From NCBI RefSeq assembly GCF_008189285.1, contig NZ_CP043315.1, positions 595,925 through 627,924 on the forward strand: a DNA stretch of 32,000 nt, written 5' to 3'. The notes below the pieces were generated by a model. That model did no database searches. It saw only the letters and a program-made list of their open reading frames with translations, and was not told where the DNA came from. The translations under genes and the position numbers were made by a program. Positions 17,950 through 26,996 of this stretch are shown here, in pieces. Position 1 is the first letter of the stretch. Every line of letters starts with the position of its first letter. The DNA comes from Candidatus Saccharimonadota bacterium. Lineage in GTDB: Bacteria > Pseudomonadota > Alphaproteobacteria > CAJXXZ01 > 1604HC.

Positions 17950-18411
17950 ATGAGTCGTAATAGAAAAGTTAATTCCATCAGTATATTTGATAAGGATCCT
18001 ATTGGTGGTTTCACAAATGTATTAATGAAAGATGGAAAGAAAGCTGTAGCTGAGGATATAGCTAGAAAGTCTTTTGCCAAAGCGGGAGAAGAGCTTAACA
18101 TGGAACCGCAAAAGGTTGCTAAAGATGTTTTGAGTAAAATCAAACCTCTTGCTGAAGTTAAGTCAAGACGTGTGGGAGGTTCCACATATCCAGTTCCTGT
18201 AGATGTAAGACCTAAAAGAGCTTACATGCTTGCATCAAGATGGATAATCGGAGCAGCTAGAAGCAAAAAAGGCATGAGCATGATTGAAAAATTGTCTATA
18301 GAGCTAATCAACATCATGACAGATGGAAAAAGCGGAGCTATAGATAAAAAGACAGCAGTTCATAATATGGTTAAAGCAAACCAAGCATTTGCCCACCTTG
18401 GGAGCAAATGA
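17950..18411 (+). CDS. rpsG: 30S ribosomal protein S7
   Basis: [44 protein letters not shown] sits 6 nt upstream of the ATG. Confidence 0.95.
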   Translation: MSRNRKVNSISIFDKDPIGGFTNVLMKDGKKAVAEDIARKSFAKAGEELNMEPQKVAKDVLSKIKPLAEVKSRRVGGSTYPVPVDVRPKRAYMLASRWIIGAARSKKGMSMIEKLSIELINIMTDGKSGAIDKKTAVHNMVKANQAFAHLGSK

Positions 18412-20498
18412 TGTCAAAACCCGAACAAGGCAATAAAGTTAATTTAAAATCATATAGAAATATTGGAGTTGTAGCTCATATTGACGCTGGAAAAACAACA
18501 ACAACAGAGAGAATTCTTTATTACACAGGAAAAACTTACAAAATAGGAGAGGTTCATGATGGAGCAGCTACTATGGACTGGATGGCGCAAGAGCAAGAAA
18601 GAGGAATCACTATTGTTTCTGCTGCCACAACATGTTTTTGGAAAGATCATCAATTTAACTTGATTGATACTCCAGGTCACGTTGATTTCACTATCGAGGT
18701 AGAGCGATCTTTAAGAGTTCTTGATGGAGCTATAGTTGTTTTTGATGGGGTTGCTGGTGTAGAACCTCAATCTGAAACAGTTTGGAGACAAGCTGACAAA
18801 CATCAAGTTCCTAGAATTTGTTTTGTTAATAAAATGGATAGAGCTGGAGCAAATTTCTTTAGATGCGTTGACATGATCGAATCTAGATTAGGTGCTAATA
18901 AAGTAGTGATTAATCTTCCAATAGGATCTGAATCAGATTTTAAAGGAATTATTGATTTAGTTACAATGAAAGCTATCATTTGGAAAGGTGATGATCTTGG
19001 AGCTTCTTTCGAAGAAACAGATATTCCTGAAGAATTTAAAGAGCAATCTCAAGAATACAGACAAAAATTAATAGATGCTGTAACTACTTTTGATGATAAT
19101 TTAATGGAAAAATGCCTAAACGAAGAAGAAATTTCTGAAAAAGAGATTAAATCTGCACTTCGTGGAGCTGTTATAAAATCTGCAATATTCCCTGTTTTGT
19201 GTGGATCAGCATTTAAAAACAAAGGTGTTCAAACATTGCTAGACGCAGTTGTTGATTACCTTCCTTCTCCATTGGATTTACCTCCCACAGAAGGAAAAGA
19301 CCCTGAAACTGGCGAACCAGTATTCAGAAATCCAGATCCAAAAGAACCATTTTCTGGACTTGCGTTTAAAATTGCATGCGACCCATTTGTTGGTTCCGTA
19401 ACTTATTTTAGAATATATTCAGGAACTTTATCTTCTGGAGATCAAGTGTATAACAGCACAAGAAGCAATAAAGCAAGAATTGGAAGAATGTTAATCTTGC
19501 ATGCAAATGATAGAGAAGATATTAAATTTGCAAGCGCAGGAGATGTAATCGCATTGTGTGGAGTTGACACAGTAACTGGAGATACTCTTTGTAGCGCTAA
19601 AGAAAAAATTGTATTAGAAACCATTTCAGCGCCTGATCCAGTTATTTCTCTTTCTATTGAGCCAAAAACAAAAGCAGATAGAGACAAGCTAGCGAAAGGA
19701 TTGGAATCACTATCTAAAGAAGACCCTTCCTTTAAGGTTACTTCTGATCAAGATACTGGACAAACTTTGATTCATGGAATGGGTGAATTACAGCTTGAAA
19801 TTATTGTAGACAGATTGAAGAGAGAGTTCAAAGTTGATGCTATAGTAGGAAATCCTCAAGTTGCTTACAGAGAAACAATTAAGAAAACAGCTGAAATACT
19901 GTATGAACACAAAAAACAAAGTGGTGGTGCAGGTCAGTATGCAAAAATTAAAATGATTTTTGAACCTCTTGAAAGAGGAGATGGATTTGAATTTGTTAAT
20001 GAAATTAGAGGAGGAGCAATACCTTCTGAATATATTCCTGGAGTTCAAAAAGGGTTAGAATCAGCTATGAATTCTGGTCTATATGGACATCCAGTGGTAG
20101 ATTTCAAAGTAAGGCTTATTGACGGTTCTTATCATGAAGTTGACTCAAGTGTGTATGCATTCGAAATAGCTGCAAAAGAAGGATTCAGACAGATGATCAG
20201 AAGTGGATCTGAGCTATTGGAACCTGTTATGGGTGTAGAAGTCACTGCTCCTGAGGAGTACGTTGGAGGAATAGAGGGAGATCTTACAAGAAGAAGAGGA
20301 ATCTTCGAAGATAAAGAGTATCTAACTGGCGGAACAAATGTTATTAAATATTTTGTTCCACTTTCTTCAATGTTTGGATATATTAATGATTTAAGATCTA
20401 ACACTCAAGGAAGAGCTACGTTCTCTATGTCGTTTGATCATTACAAATCAGTGCCTAAAAGCATAGCTGAAAGCTTGCATGAGGGCGTGAAAAGGTGA
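18408..20498 (+). CDS. fusA: translation elongation factor G
   Basis: G1 [20 protein letters not shown]3 DTPGHVDF, G4 NKMDR, GELQLEI, HEVDSS. ATGA overlap with rpsG. Confidence 0.97.
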   Translation: MMSKPEQGNKVNLKSYRNIGVVAHIDAGKTTTTERILYYTGKTYKIGEVHDGAATMDWMAQEQERGITIVSAATTCFWKDHQFNLIDTPGHVDFTIEVERSLRVLDGAIVVFDGVAGVEPQSETVWRQADKHQVPRICFVNKMDRAGANFFRCVDMIESRLGANKVVINLPIGSESDFKGIIDLVTMKAIIWKGDDLGASFEETDIPEEFKEQSQEYRQKLIDAVTTFDDNLMEKCLNEEEISEKEIKSALRGAVIKSAIFPVLCGSAFKNKGVQTLLDAVVDYLPSPLDLPPTEGKDPETGEPVFRNPDPKEPFSGLAFKIACDPFVGSVTYFRIYSGTLSSGDQVYNSTRSNKARIGRMLILHANDREDIKFASAGDVIALCGVDTVTGDTLCSAKEKIVLETISAPDPVISLSIEPKTKADRDKLAKGLESLSKEDPSFKVTSDQDTGQTLIHGMGELQLEIIVDRLKREFKVDAIVGNPQVAYRETIKKTAEILYEHKKQSGGAGQYAKIKMIFEPLERGDGFEFVNEIRGGAIPSEYIPGVQKGLESAMNSGLYGHPVVDFKVRLIDGSYHEVDSSVYAFEIAAKEGFRQMIRSGSELLEPVMGVEVTAPEEYVGGIEGDLTRRRGIFEDKEYLTGGTNVIKYFVPLSSMFGYINDLRSNTQGRATFSMSFDHYKSVPKSIAESLHEGVKR

Positions 20499-20544
20499 GA
20501 TTGATTTATTTGTTTATATACGTTAATCTTTTGGAGTACTGTAT

Positions 20545-20931
20545 ATGTTGAATGTAAAAAATGCAAATCCTGAGCAAAAACATAGCTCGGTTGATGTAGC
20601 ATTAAAAAAAAGGTTTAAGAAAAAAGATTTTGTCAAAGTAATTCTTAGATCTTGTGATTCTTTTGTTTTGGATAAATCAGCTATGAATTTAGTCAACAAC
20701 GTTAAAAGAATTATAGGATCAGGAGCTGTAGTAGGACCAATACCTTTGCCTAGAAAGCGAAGAGTTTGGACCATACTTTCAAGTCCTCACATTGACAAAA
20801 AAGCTAGACAACAGTTGTCAAGAATTGTTAAGTCTAGATTAATAGAGTTGCCTGCTTCAAAGGATGTTATGAACATGCTTGATGGCAATTGCTCTATTCC
20901 CGCATCAGTGGAGATTGAGATTAAAGCATGA
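20545..20931 (+). CDS. rpsJ: 30S ribosomal protein S10 with ~25-aa N-terminal extension
   Basis: Core is KVILRSCD..GPIPLPRKRRVWTILSSPHIDKKARQQ. GGAG lies upstream of the ATG, and no in-frame ATG/GTG/TTG sits nearer the conserved core. Confidence 0.9.
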   Translation: MLNVKNANPEQKHSSVDVALKKRFKKKDFVKVILRSCDSFVLDKSAMNLVNNVKRIIGSGAVVGPIPLPRKRRVWTILSSPHIDKKARQQLSRIVKSRLIELPASKDVMNMLDGNCSIPASVEIEIKA

Positions 20932-21587
20932 AAAATTTTGGATTATTATGCAGGAAAATGGGAATGTCCCAAGTTATATGTGATGGCAAATTCTTGCCCT
21001 TAACTTTGTTGTACATTGAATCTCCTGTAGTTATAGGTTTTAAAACAATGGAAAGAGATGGATATTCTGCTATTTTAGTTGGATTCGGTCACTCTAAATT
21101 GAAACATTGGAACAAGTCTCAACACGTTCTATGTCAACACGAAGAAAGAATATTTGAAAAAATAAAAGAATTCAGAGTTGACGACGTGGAAAGATTTAGT
21201 ATAGGCCAAGAAATAGTTATTAAAGATTTCTTTGGAGAAAATGATCTAGTTAGCGTTCAGGGAATCACACTCGGTAGAGGGTTTTCTGGAGGAATTAAAA
21301 GACATGGATTCAAAGGATTAAGAGCTAGTCATGGTGTATCTGTATCTCATAGAAGCATTGGTTCCACAGGTTCCAGAACTCCAAGCAGAGTTTGGAAAGG
21401 GAAGAAAATGCCTGGTAGATATGGTTGCGAGACAGTTACTATAAAAAATGTAAAAGTTAAATACATAGAAGAGCAAACTAGTCTTATGACAGAAAAGCCT
21501 GGATCTATTATTGGTGTATATGGAGCAGTTCCTGGATCTAAAGGGTCCTTTTGCAGCATATACAGATCTGAGAGGAATAGAATATGA
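20928..21587 (+). CDS. rplC: 50S ribosomal protein L3
   Basis: KMGMSQV, FSGGIKRHGFKG, SHRSIGSTGSRTPSRVWKGKKMPGRYG. Confidence 0.93.
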   Translation: MKNFGLLCRKMGMSQVICDGKFLPLTLLYIESPVVIGFKTMERDGYSAILVGFGHSKLKHWNKSQHVLCQHEERIFEKIKEFRVDDVERFSIGQEIVIKDFFGENDLVSVQGITLGRGFSGGIKRHGFKGLRASHGVSVSHRSIGSTGSRTPSRVWKGKKMPGRYGCETVTIKNVKVKYIEEQTSLMTEKPGSIIGVYGAVPGSKGSFCSIYRSERNRI

Positions 21588-22228
21588 ACAAATTATTGAA
21601 AAAAGTTATTGATTTCTCAGGATCTTCTGTTAAAGAAATTTCTTTAAATCCAGATATATTTCAAGTTCCTATGAACAACACTGTGCTTTATGAAGTCAAT
21701 AGATGGCATACAGCAAAGAGAAGACAAGGAAATTCTTCTACTAAAGGAGTTTCAGAAGTAGCTGGATCAACTAAAAAAAGCAGACCACAAAAAGAAAGTG
21801 GAAAAGCTAGACAGGGTGATGGAAGAGAGCCTCATTGCAGAGGCGGTGGTACTACATTTGGACCTAAACCAAGATCATATGCATTTTCTGTCAACAAGAA
21901 AGTTAGAAAATTAGCTGTGAAAATGTCTATTTCTAATAAGATTGCAAATGAAAATGCATTATTTATAGATGATTTCAAGAATTACTCTTCTTCAAAAACT
22001 TCTGATTTTTCAAATATGCTTGAAAGTATTTTGAAAGAGAAAAAGAATAAGAAAGCTTTGTTTATAGCAAATGATTTTCAAGAATCATTTAAAATGGGGT
22101 CTTCTAATATTTACAATGTTAATTTATTAAAATTAGAAGGACTAAACACTCATTCTTTATTAATGCATGACATAGTAATATTTGATTCTGGAGTATTAGA
22201 CTTAATGGAAGGAAGATTGCTAAAATGA
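21584..22228 (+). CDS. rplD: 50S ribosomal protein L4
   Basis: RRQGNSSTKGVSEVAGSTKK, GKARQGDGREPHCRGGGTTFGPKPRSY. Positioned between L3 and L23. Confidence 0.9.
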   Translation: MNKLLKKVIDFSGSSVKEISLNPDIFQVPMNNTVLYEVNRWHTAKRRQGNSSTKGVSEVAGSTKKSRPQKESGKARQGDGREPHCRGGGTTFGPKPRSYAFSVNKKVRKLAVKMSISNKIANENALFIDDFKNYSSSKTSDFSNMLESILKEKKNKKALFIANDFQESFKMGSSNIYNVNLLKLEGLNTHSLLMHDIVIFDSGVLDLMEGRLLK

Positions 22229-22533
22229 ACCAAGAAATTAAAATTTTAGATTCTATTATTAAGAAGTTCAAAGGAAATGTTTTCTCTGAAAAATCAGTTA
22301 GCATGTCCAAAGAAGGAGTTCTTACTTTTAGATTTAGTAGAGTTTCATCTAAATATGCGATAAAAGATATGTGTTATCAAATGCTTGGAGTAGATATTCT
22401 TTCTGTAAATACATGCAATGTAAAAGGAAAGAAGAGAATCTTCAAAGGAATAGCTGGAAATAAATCTTCATGGAAAAAGGCGTTTGTTAAAATTTCAAAA
22501 GAAGATATTTCCAAGATTGCAGAGGTAGCTTAA
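22225..22533 (+). CDS. rplW: 50S ribosomal protein L23
   Basis: Size and position between rplD and rplB, plus FRFSRVSSKYAIKD..GVDILSVNT..KKAFVKI. Sequence is divergent. Confidence 0.82.
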   Translation: MNQEIKILDSIIKKFKGNVFSEKSVSMSKEGVLTFRFSRVSSKYAIKDMCYQMLGVDILSVNTCNVKGKKRIFKGIAGNKSSWKKAFVKISKEDISKIAEVA

Positions 22534-23393
22534 TGAACAATATTGCATCACAAGTTTCATCACAAGAAGTTGTATTAAAACGCTTGTCTCCTTCCACTCC
22601 TGGTCAAAGAGGCGCGGTTTTAATTGACAAGAGATGTTTATGGAAAGGGAAGCCTTGGAAAGCGCTAGTCAAAGGATCGGCAAGAAAAGGCGGAAGAAAC
22701 TCTTCTGGAAAACTTACAGTTAGATACAAAGGTGGAGGAAGTAAATTTATTGGAAGACAAGTTTCTTTTAACGATAGATCTATCTGGAATCAAACTGGTA
22801 CTATTGAAAGATTTGAGTACGATCCTGGAAGAACAGCGTTTATCTCTCTAGTTGATTTTAATGGAGAGAAGAAATATCTTCTTTCTACAAATGGATTAAA
22901 ACAAGGGGATAAAATAGAAATAGGGGATTCAGCTCCTATTGCTCCTGGAAACTCCACTATGTTAAAGAATGTGCCAACAGGTGTTCAAGTTCATAGTGTT
23001 GAATTAGTCCCTGGACGAGGCGGATGCATCTCAAGATCTGCAGGATCTCATTCTTCAGTATTAGGTAGAGAAGGAGAATATGTAATTCTTAAGCTAACCT
23101 CAGGAGAAAAAAGAAAATTCTTAGGGGATTGCAAATGTTTTATAGGATCGGTATCAAATCCAGATCATAAAAACGTTAAAATAGGAAAAGCCGGAAGAAA
23201 CAGATGGAAAGGCATTAAACCTCATGTAAGAGGTGTTGCCATGAACCCTGTTGATCACCCTCATGGAGGAGGTGAAGGTAAAACTTCAGGAGGAAGGCAT
23301 CCTTGCTCTCCTTGGGGTCTTGCCACAAAAGGTAAAAGAACTAGATCTAAGAGAAAGACTAATAAATTAATTATAAGGAGAAGAAATGGCTAG
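22533..23393 (+). CDS. rplB: 50S ribosomal protein L2
   Basis: [42 protein letters not shown]. Confidence 0.96.
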   Translation: MNNIASQVSSQEVVLKRLSPSTPGQRGAVLIDKRCLWKGKPWKALVKGSARKGGRNSSGKLTVRYKGGGSKFIGRQVSFNDRSIWNQTGTIERFEYDPGRTAFISLVDFNGEKKYLLSTNGLKQGDKIEIGDSAPIAPGNSTMLKNVPTGVQVHSVELVPGRGGCISRSAGSHSSVLGREGEYVILKLTSGEKRKFLGDCKCFIGSVSNPDHKNVKIGKAGRNRWKGIKPHVRGVAMNPVDHPHGGGEGKTSGGRHPCSPWGLATKGKRTRSKRKTNKLIIRRRNG

Positions 23394-23664
23394 ATCATTA
23401 AGAAAAGGACCATTTGCGGATTCGCACATCTTAAAACATGTCGCAAGAAACAAAGCTAATAGAAGCACTGATTCGATTAGAACCAGATCCAGAAGATCTA
23501 CAATCTTCCCTGCTTTTGTTGGAATAAATTTTTTGGTTCATAATGGAAGAAAGTTTATACCTGTATATGTTACAGAAAGCATGATAGGTCATAAATTAGG
23601 TGAATTTTCTTTTACAAGAAGAGACAATCCTCATCGCAATGGAAATAAGAAGGCTAAAAAATGA
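23386..23664 (+). CDS. rpsS: 30S ribosomal protein S19
   Basis: [38 protein letters not shown]. Confidence 0.95.
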   Translation: MARSLRKGPFADSHILKHVARNKANRSTDSIRTRSRRSTIFPAFVGINFLVHNGRKFIPVYVTESMIGHKLGEFSFTRRDNPHRNGNKKAKK

Positions 23665-24011
23665 ACAGACAAATGTTAATTAGCAGATTCGCAATAGCTG
23701 AAAGCAATAAGATATATGGAAAATCATTTTGCTTTCAGATGATAGCTAGATCTATGAGAGGCGAAGATGCTTACAAAATATCAGGTGCTCTGGATTATAT
23801 GCCAGGAAAATATGCAAGAGTCATGAAAAAATTAGTTGATTCTGCAATTTCCAATGCTATTAATAAAGGGATTGATGGCTCATTGGTAATAGATGAAATT
23901 CTAATAGGTAGAGGAAAATATCTAAAAAGAATAGAATTCAAAGGTAGAGGAAGAGTTGGTTCAAAATGGAGACCTTTCTCAAACATAAAGGTGGTTTTAA
24001 AAAATGTTTAA
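23661..24011 (+). CDS. rplV: 50S ribosomal protein L22
   Basis: Position between S19 and S3, ~116 aa, [31 protein letters not shown]. Confidence 0.88.
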   Translation: MNRQMLISRFAIAESNKIYGKSFCFQMIARSMRGEDAYKISGALDYMPGKYARVMKKLVDSAISNAINKGIDGSLVIDEILIGRGKYLKRIEFKGRGRVGSKWRPFSNIKVVLKNV

Positions 24012-24022
24012 GGATGTGTTAA

Positions 24023-24673
24023 ATGGGAAATAAAGTACCTCTTTTTAATTTATGGGGAAAGAATTATTTATCAAATTGGTTCTGCCCTTACAGCAAATAC
24101 TCTGGAAATGTAATCGAAGATTATAAAATCAGATCTTTGCTTAATTCAATGGATAAAGCTTACAGATGGGATATGTCTTCAGTTCATATTACTAGAATAT
24201 CGAATAACATTCATATCGAAATCAGAGCAGCTAGACCTGGAATTATTATAGGAAAATCAGGAAAAGATTTGGAAATGCTTAAAAGTAGAATATCTTCTGT
24301 TTTGCCAATAAGAACAGAATTGAAAATACAAGTTAATCCAGTCAAAAAACCTGAAATAGATGCAAAGTGTCTTGCTAAAAAAATTGCATTTGACATATCT
24401 AAAGGAAAACAATACAAATTCTTGATTAAAAAATATATTGCTGAGGCGATGAGATTTGGAATTAAAGGAATTAAAATAATTTGCTCCGGAAGACTTGGTG
24501 GTGTAGAAATAGCTAGAAAGTTTGCATTAGCACAAGGAAGTGTTCCAAGACATACTATAAGAGCGGACATAGATTATTCTCTTGCTGTTGCTGAGACTAA
24601 CTCTGGTTTGTGCGGAATAAAAGTATGGGTCCATAAAGGCGCAAGAAAGGATAATACAGATGCTACAACCTAA
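24023..24673 (+). CDS. rpsC: 30S ribosomal protein S3 (divergent N-terminus)
   Basis: KH motif ARPGIIIGKSGKDLE, GIKIICSGRLGGVEIAR, RADIDYSLAVAETNSGLCGIKVWV. Confidence 0.93.
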   Translation: MGNKVPLFNLWGKNYLSNWFCPYSKYSGNVIEDYKIRSLLNSMDKAYRWDMSSVHITRISNNIHIEIRAARPGIIIGKSGKDLEMLKSRISSVLPIRTELKIQVNPVKKPEIDAKCLAKKIAFDISKGKQYKFLIKKYIAEAMRFGIKGIKIICSGRLGGVEIARKFALAQGSVPRHTIRADIDYSLAVAETNSGLCGIKVWVHKGARKDNTDATT

Positions 24674-25070
24674 AAAAAGAAAATTTAAATACGGTTTAAA
24701 AAAAGTTCCTAAAGGCATTGCAACAAGAGGCTTTTCTCTTCAAGGAGCTTATGGATTAAAAGCTATGAAGCATGCAAGAGTTACAGCAAGACAAATTGAA
24801 GCTTGTCGTAGTTCTATCAGGCGTTCTATGAAACGTGCTGGTAAGCTGTTAATTAGAATTTTCCCTCATAACCCTATAAGTGCTAAACCTCAAGAGGTGC
24901 GAATGGGTAAAGGTAAAGGAAGTATAGATAGACACGTTGCTATGGTAAGGCCAGGAGCTATTCTTTTTGATATAGATGGAGTTCCTTTGGATGTCGCTAA
25001 ACAAGCCCTTGATATAGCAGCAGCTAAATTGCCTATGCAAGTAAAATTTGTAGAAAAAGGCGTTTTTTAA
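24660..25070 (+). CDS. rplP: 50S ribosomal protein L16
   Basis: [50 protein letters not shown]. Confidence 0.95.
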   Translation: MLQPKKRKFKYGLKKVPKGIATRGFSLQGAYGLKAMKHARVTARQIEACRSSIRRSMKRAGKLLIRIFPHNPISAKPQEVRMGKGKGSIDRHVAMVRPGAILFDIDGVPLDVAKQALDIAAAKLPMQVKFVEKGVF

Positions 25071-25088
25071 TTAACAATTAATTAACAA
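25067..25088. repeat. 11-bp perfect tandem duplication TTAATTAACAA x2, beginning in the rplP stop codon
   Basis: Read directly at 25067-25077 and 25078-25088. Confidence 0.9.
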
Positions 25089-25112
25089 TTTCAATTATTT
25101 CAGCACATGCAT

Positions 25113-25151
25113 CTAGAATTTTATTTTAGTATGTATTAGGATGAACCCAAG
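25113..25151 (+). repeat. copy A of a ~39-bp intergenic direct repeat (partner at 31962-32000)
   Basis: Ungapped alignment of CTAGAATTTTATTTTAGTATGTATTAGGATGAACCCAAG with CTAGAATCTTTTTTAAAGATGTATTAGGATAACCCCAAG gives 32/39 identical, including the 12-nt core ATGTATTAGGAT. Confidence 0.8.
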
Positions 25152-25283
25152 GTGATATATGATCGATTTACACATTAATCAAAATGCTTACTTGGGCGTA
25201 ATCATAAAAAATCATTACTTATTAGATAAATTTACTTCACTTATTGCAAGTTCTATTCAATTTTTATATTTTAGGAGAATCTA

Positions 25284-26333
25284 GTGAAATTTATCAAGAA
25301 AATTCGTTTAATTCTTAGGTCAATGAGGGATGCCAATAGGCCAAATTTCATTAATGCTCTCCCTTCATTTGAAAGAGATATTGCAAATGAATGCATAACA
25401 GAAATAATTCCTGATAAAATTCCTGGAAGTCTTAATTTTTCTGAAAGAAGAAGATGGATTCAACATAAAGAGAAAATACTATTCGATAAAAAAAGCTTTT
25501 CAAGATTTATTGTTAGAAATCATTGTGTATGGCTTTATACAAATAATGATACAAAGCCAAAAAAATGGGCAATATTAGAAAAAATCAAAGCTCTTAAACT
25601 AGTAGTTAGCGACTTATCTGAAAGTGAAATATGGATTCTAGATGAAAAAGATCAAAAAATATGCCTAGCTTTACTTGATGGCAAACTGGTAAATTTTAGA
25701 TTATTGAAAGATTTTTCTAATGCCATGCTGGAAAGCTTTGTTCAGCACATGAAAAGATATACTTTTGAAGCTCCAAAAGTTAGATTATTTGATTGCTGCT
25801 TTGATTTTGATTATCAAACAGAATCATATTCTAAAGAATTTATAGAATTTAAAACTAAATTGCCAATCGATAAAATTAAATATAAATATGTGGAAAATTA
25901 TATACAATTATGCAAAATTGGATTTGTTAACTTGCTTACAGTTCTTAGCTTTGCATTTTTATTAATTTTTCTTAACAATCAAACTGAAAAAACACATTTA
26001 CGAATTAATGAGATCAAGAGCAATCTTGATCGCATAAACAAGCAAATGTCGTATTATCCAACAGTAAGCCATATTAAAAGCTTGCAATCAGATAGCAAAA
26101 TTCAAAGGAAGATGAATCTTAAAAAATTTACTGAATGCATCAAAGATTATCAATACAGGCTTAAGATTACTGCAAAGCGCATAATCAAACTTGAAATCAA
26201 TGGGCTTACTACAAAGCAAAAAGAAGATATTATGAAAGTTGGAAGTGAAAGTGGAATAACAGAAGTAAAATTTGCTAAAGTGAATTTTACAGATTCTGCC
26301 TATAAATTATCTACACATACAAATATTACTTAA
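25284..26333 (+). CDS. hypothetical bitopic membrane protein (~215-aa cytoplasmic domain, one TM, coiled-coil plus small C-terminal domain)
   Basis: 349-aa ORF with a GTG start and AGGAG (25273-25277) 6 nt upstream. Single hydrophobic segment VNLLTVLSFAFLLIFL. I recognise no family motif. Confidence 0.7.
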   Translation: MKFIKKIRLILRSMRDANRPNFINALPSFERDIANECITEIIPDKIPGSLNFSERRRWIQHKEKILFDKKSFSRFIVRNHCVWLYTNNDTKPKKWAILEKIKALKLVVSDLSESEIWILDEKDQKICLALLDGKLVNFRLLKDFSNAMLESFVQHMKRYTFEAPKVRLFDCCFDFDYQTESYSKEFIEFKTKLPIDKIKYKYVENYIQLCKIGFVNLLTVLSFAFLLIFLNNQTEKTHLRINEIKSNLDRINKQMSYYPTVSHIKSLQSDSKIQRKMNLKKFTECIKDYQYRLKITAKRIIKLEINGLTTKQKEDIMKVGSESGITEVKFAKVNFTDSAYKLSTHTNIT

Positions 26334-26996
26334 GAAATAAATTTGATTAAGAATTATTTCTCCCTAACTTTTCTAAAAACACAAATTCAGTATTAGAAAA
26401 ATGCTAATCTGCAATTTCTGAAAATACTTATAATCAAAACAGTGGAATTTATCTTTATTTGCCAAGCTGCAATTATTTCCTATTCTATAAATTCCGAGTC
26501 TATAAATTTAAATTCTAAATCCTATTTGAATGAAACTAATGATAAAAGCATGTCTCAATTTGCAGTCAAAAAATCAGTTTGATAAAATTTAATGAATCTG
26601 CAGATATTTAAATCAATGTCATCAATATGAGCGTATAATAAATTAAAAATGTTGATTTAATTAAAATTCCAAATAATTTAATCTATACAATCTAACAGTG
26701 TTTTTGATAGTTATATTTTCTATATAATTAATTTAGTCAAAAAAAGATTATATGTAATCTTTTAAACTTGATGAAGATTTTTGAGTTTATTCAAAAAAAA
26801 TTGTGCATTATTAATTTCCTCTGTTAGGCAATAAAATAATCCTGTTTTGTTTATAGAATTCTTATGAAGATATAAAATAATATTAAGCAACTTTAGAGGT
26901 ATTTTGCCTTCTAACGCGCTTTATAAATGATATAAATTATGAATTATTTTAATGATTATAATTCTGAAACAAATCAAAGCTTTGCAAATGAAAAAC

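Noticed and set aside
25146-25196. Hairpin CCCAAG ... CTTGGG downstream of repeat copy A as a structured ncRNA
   Set aside because: It has only a 6-bp stem with a ~38-nt loop. That is too weak to call without covariation evidence.
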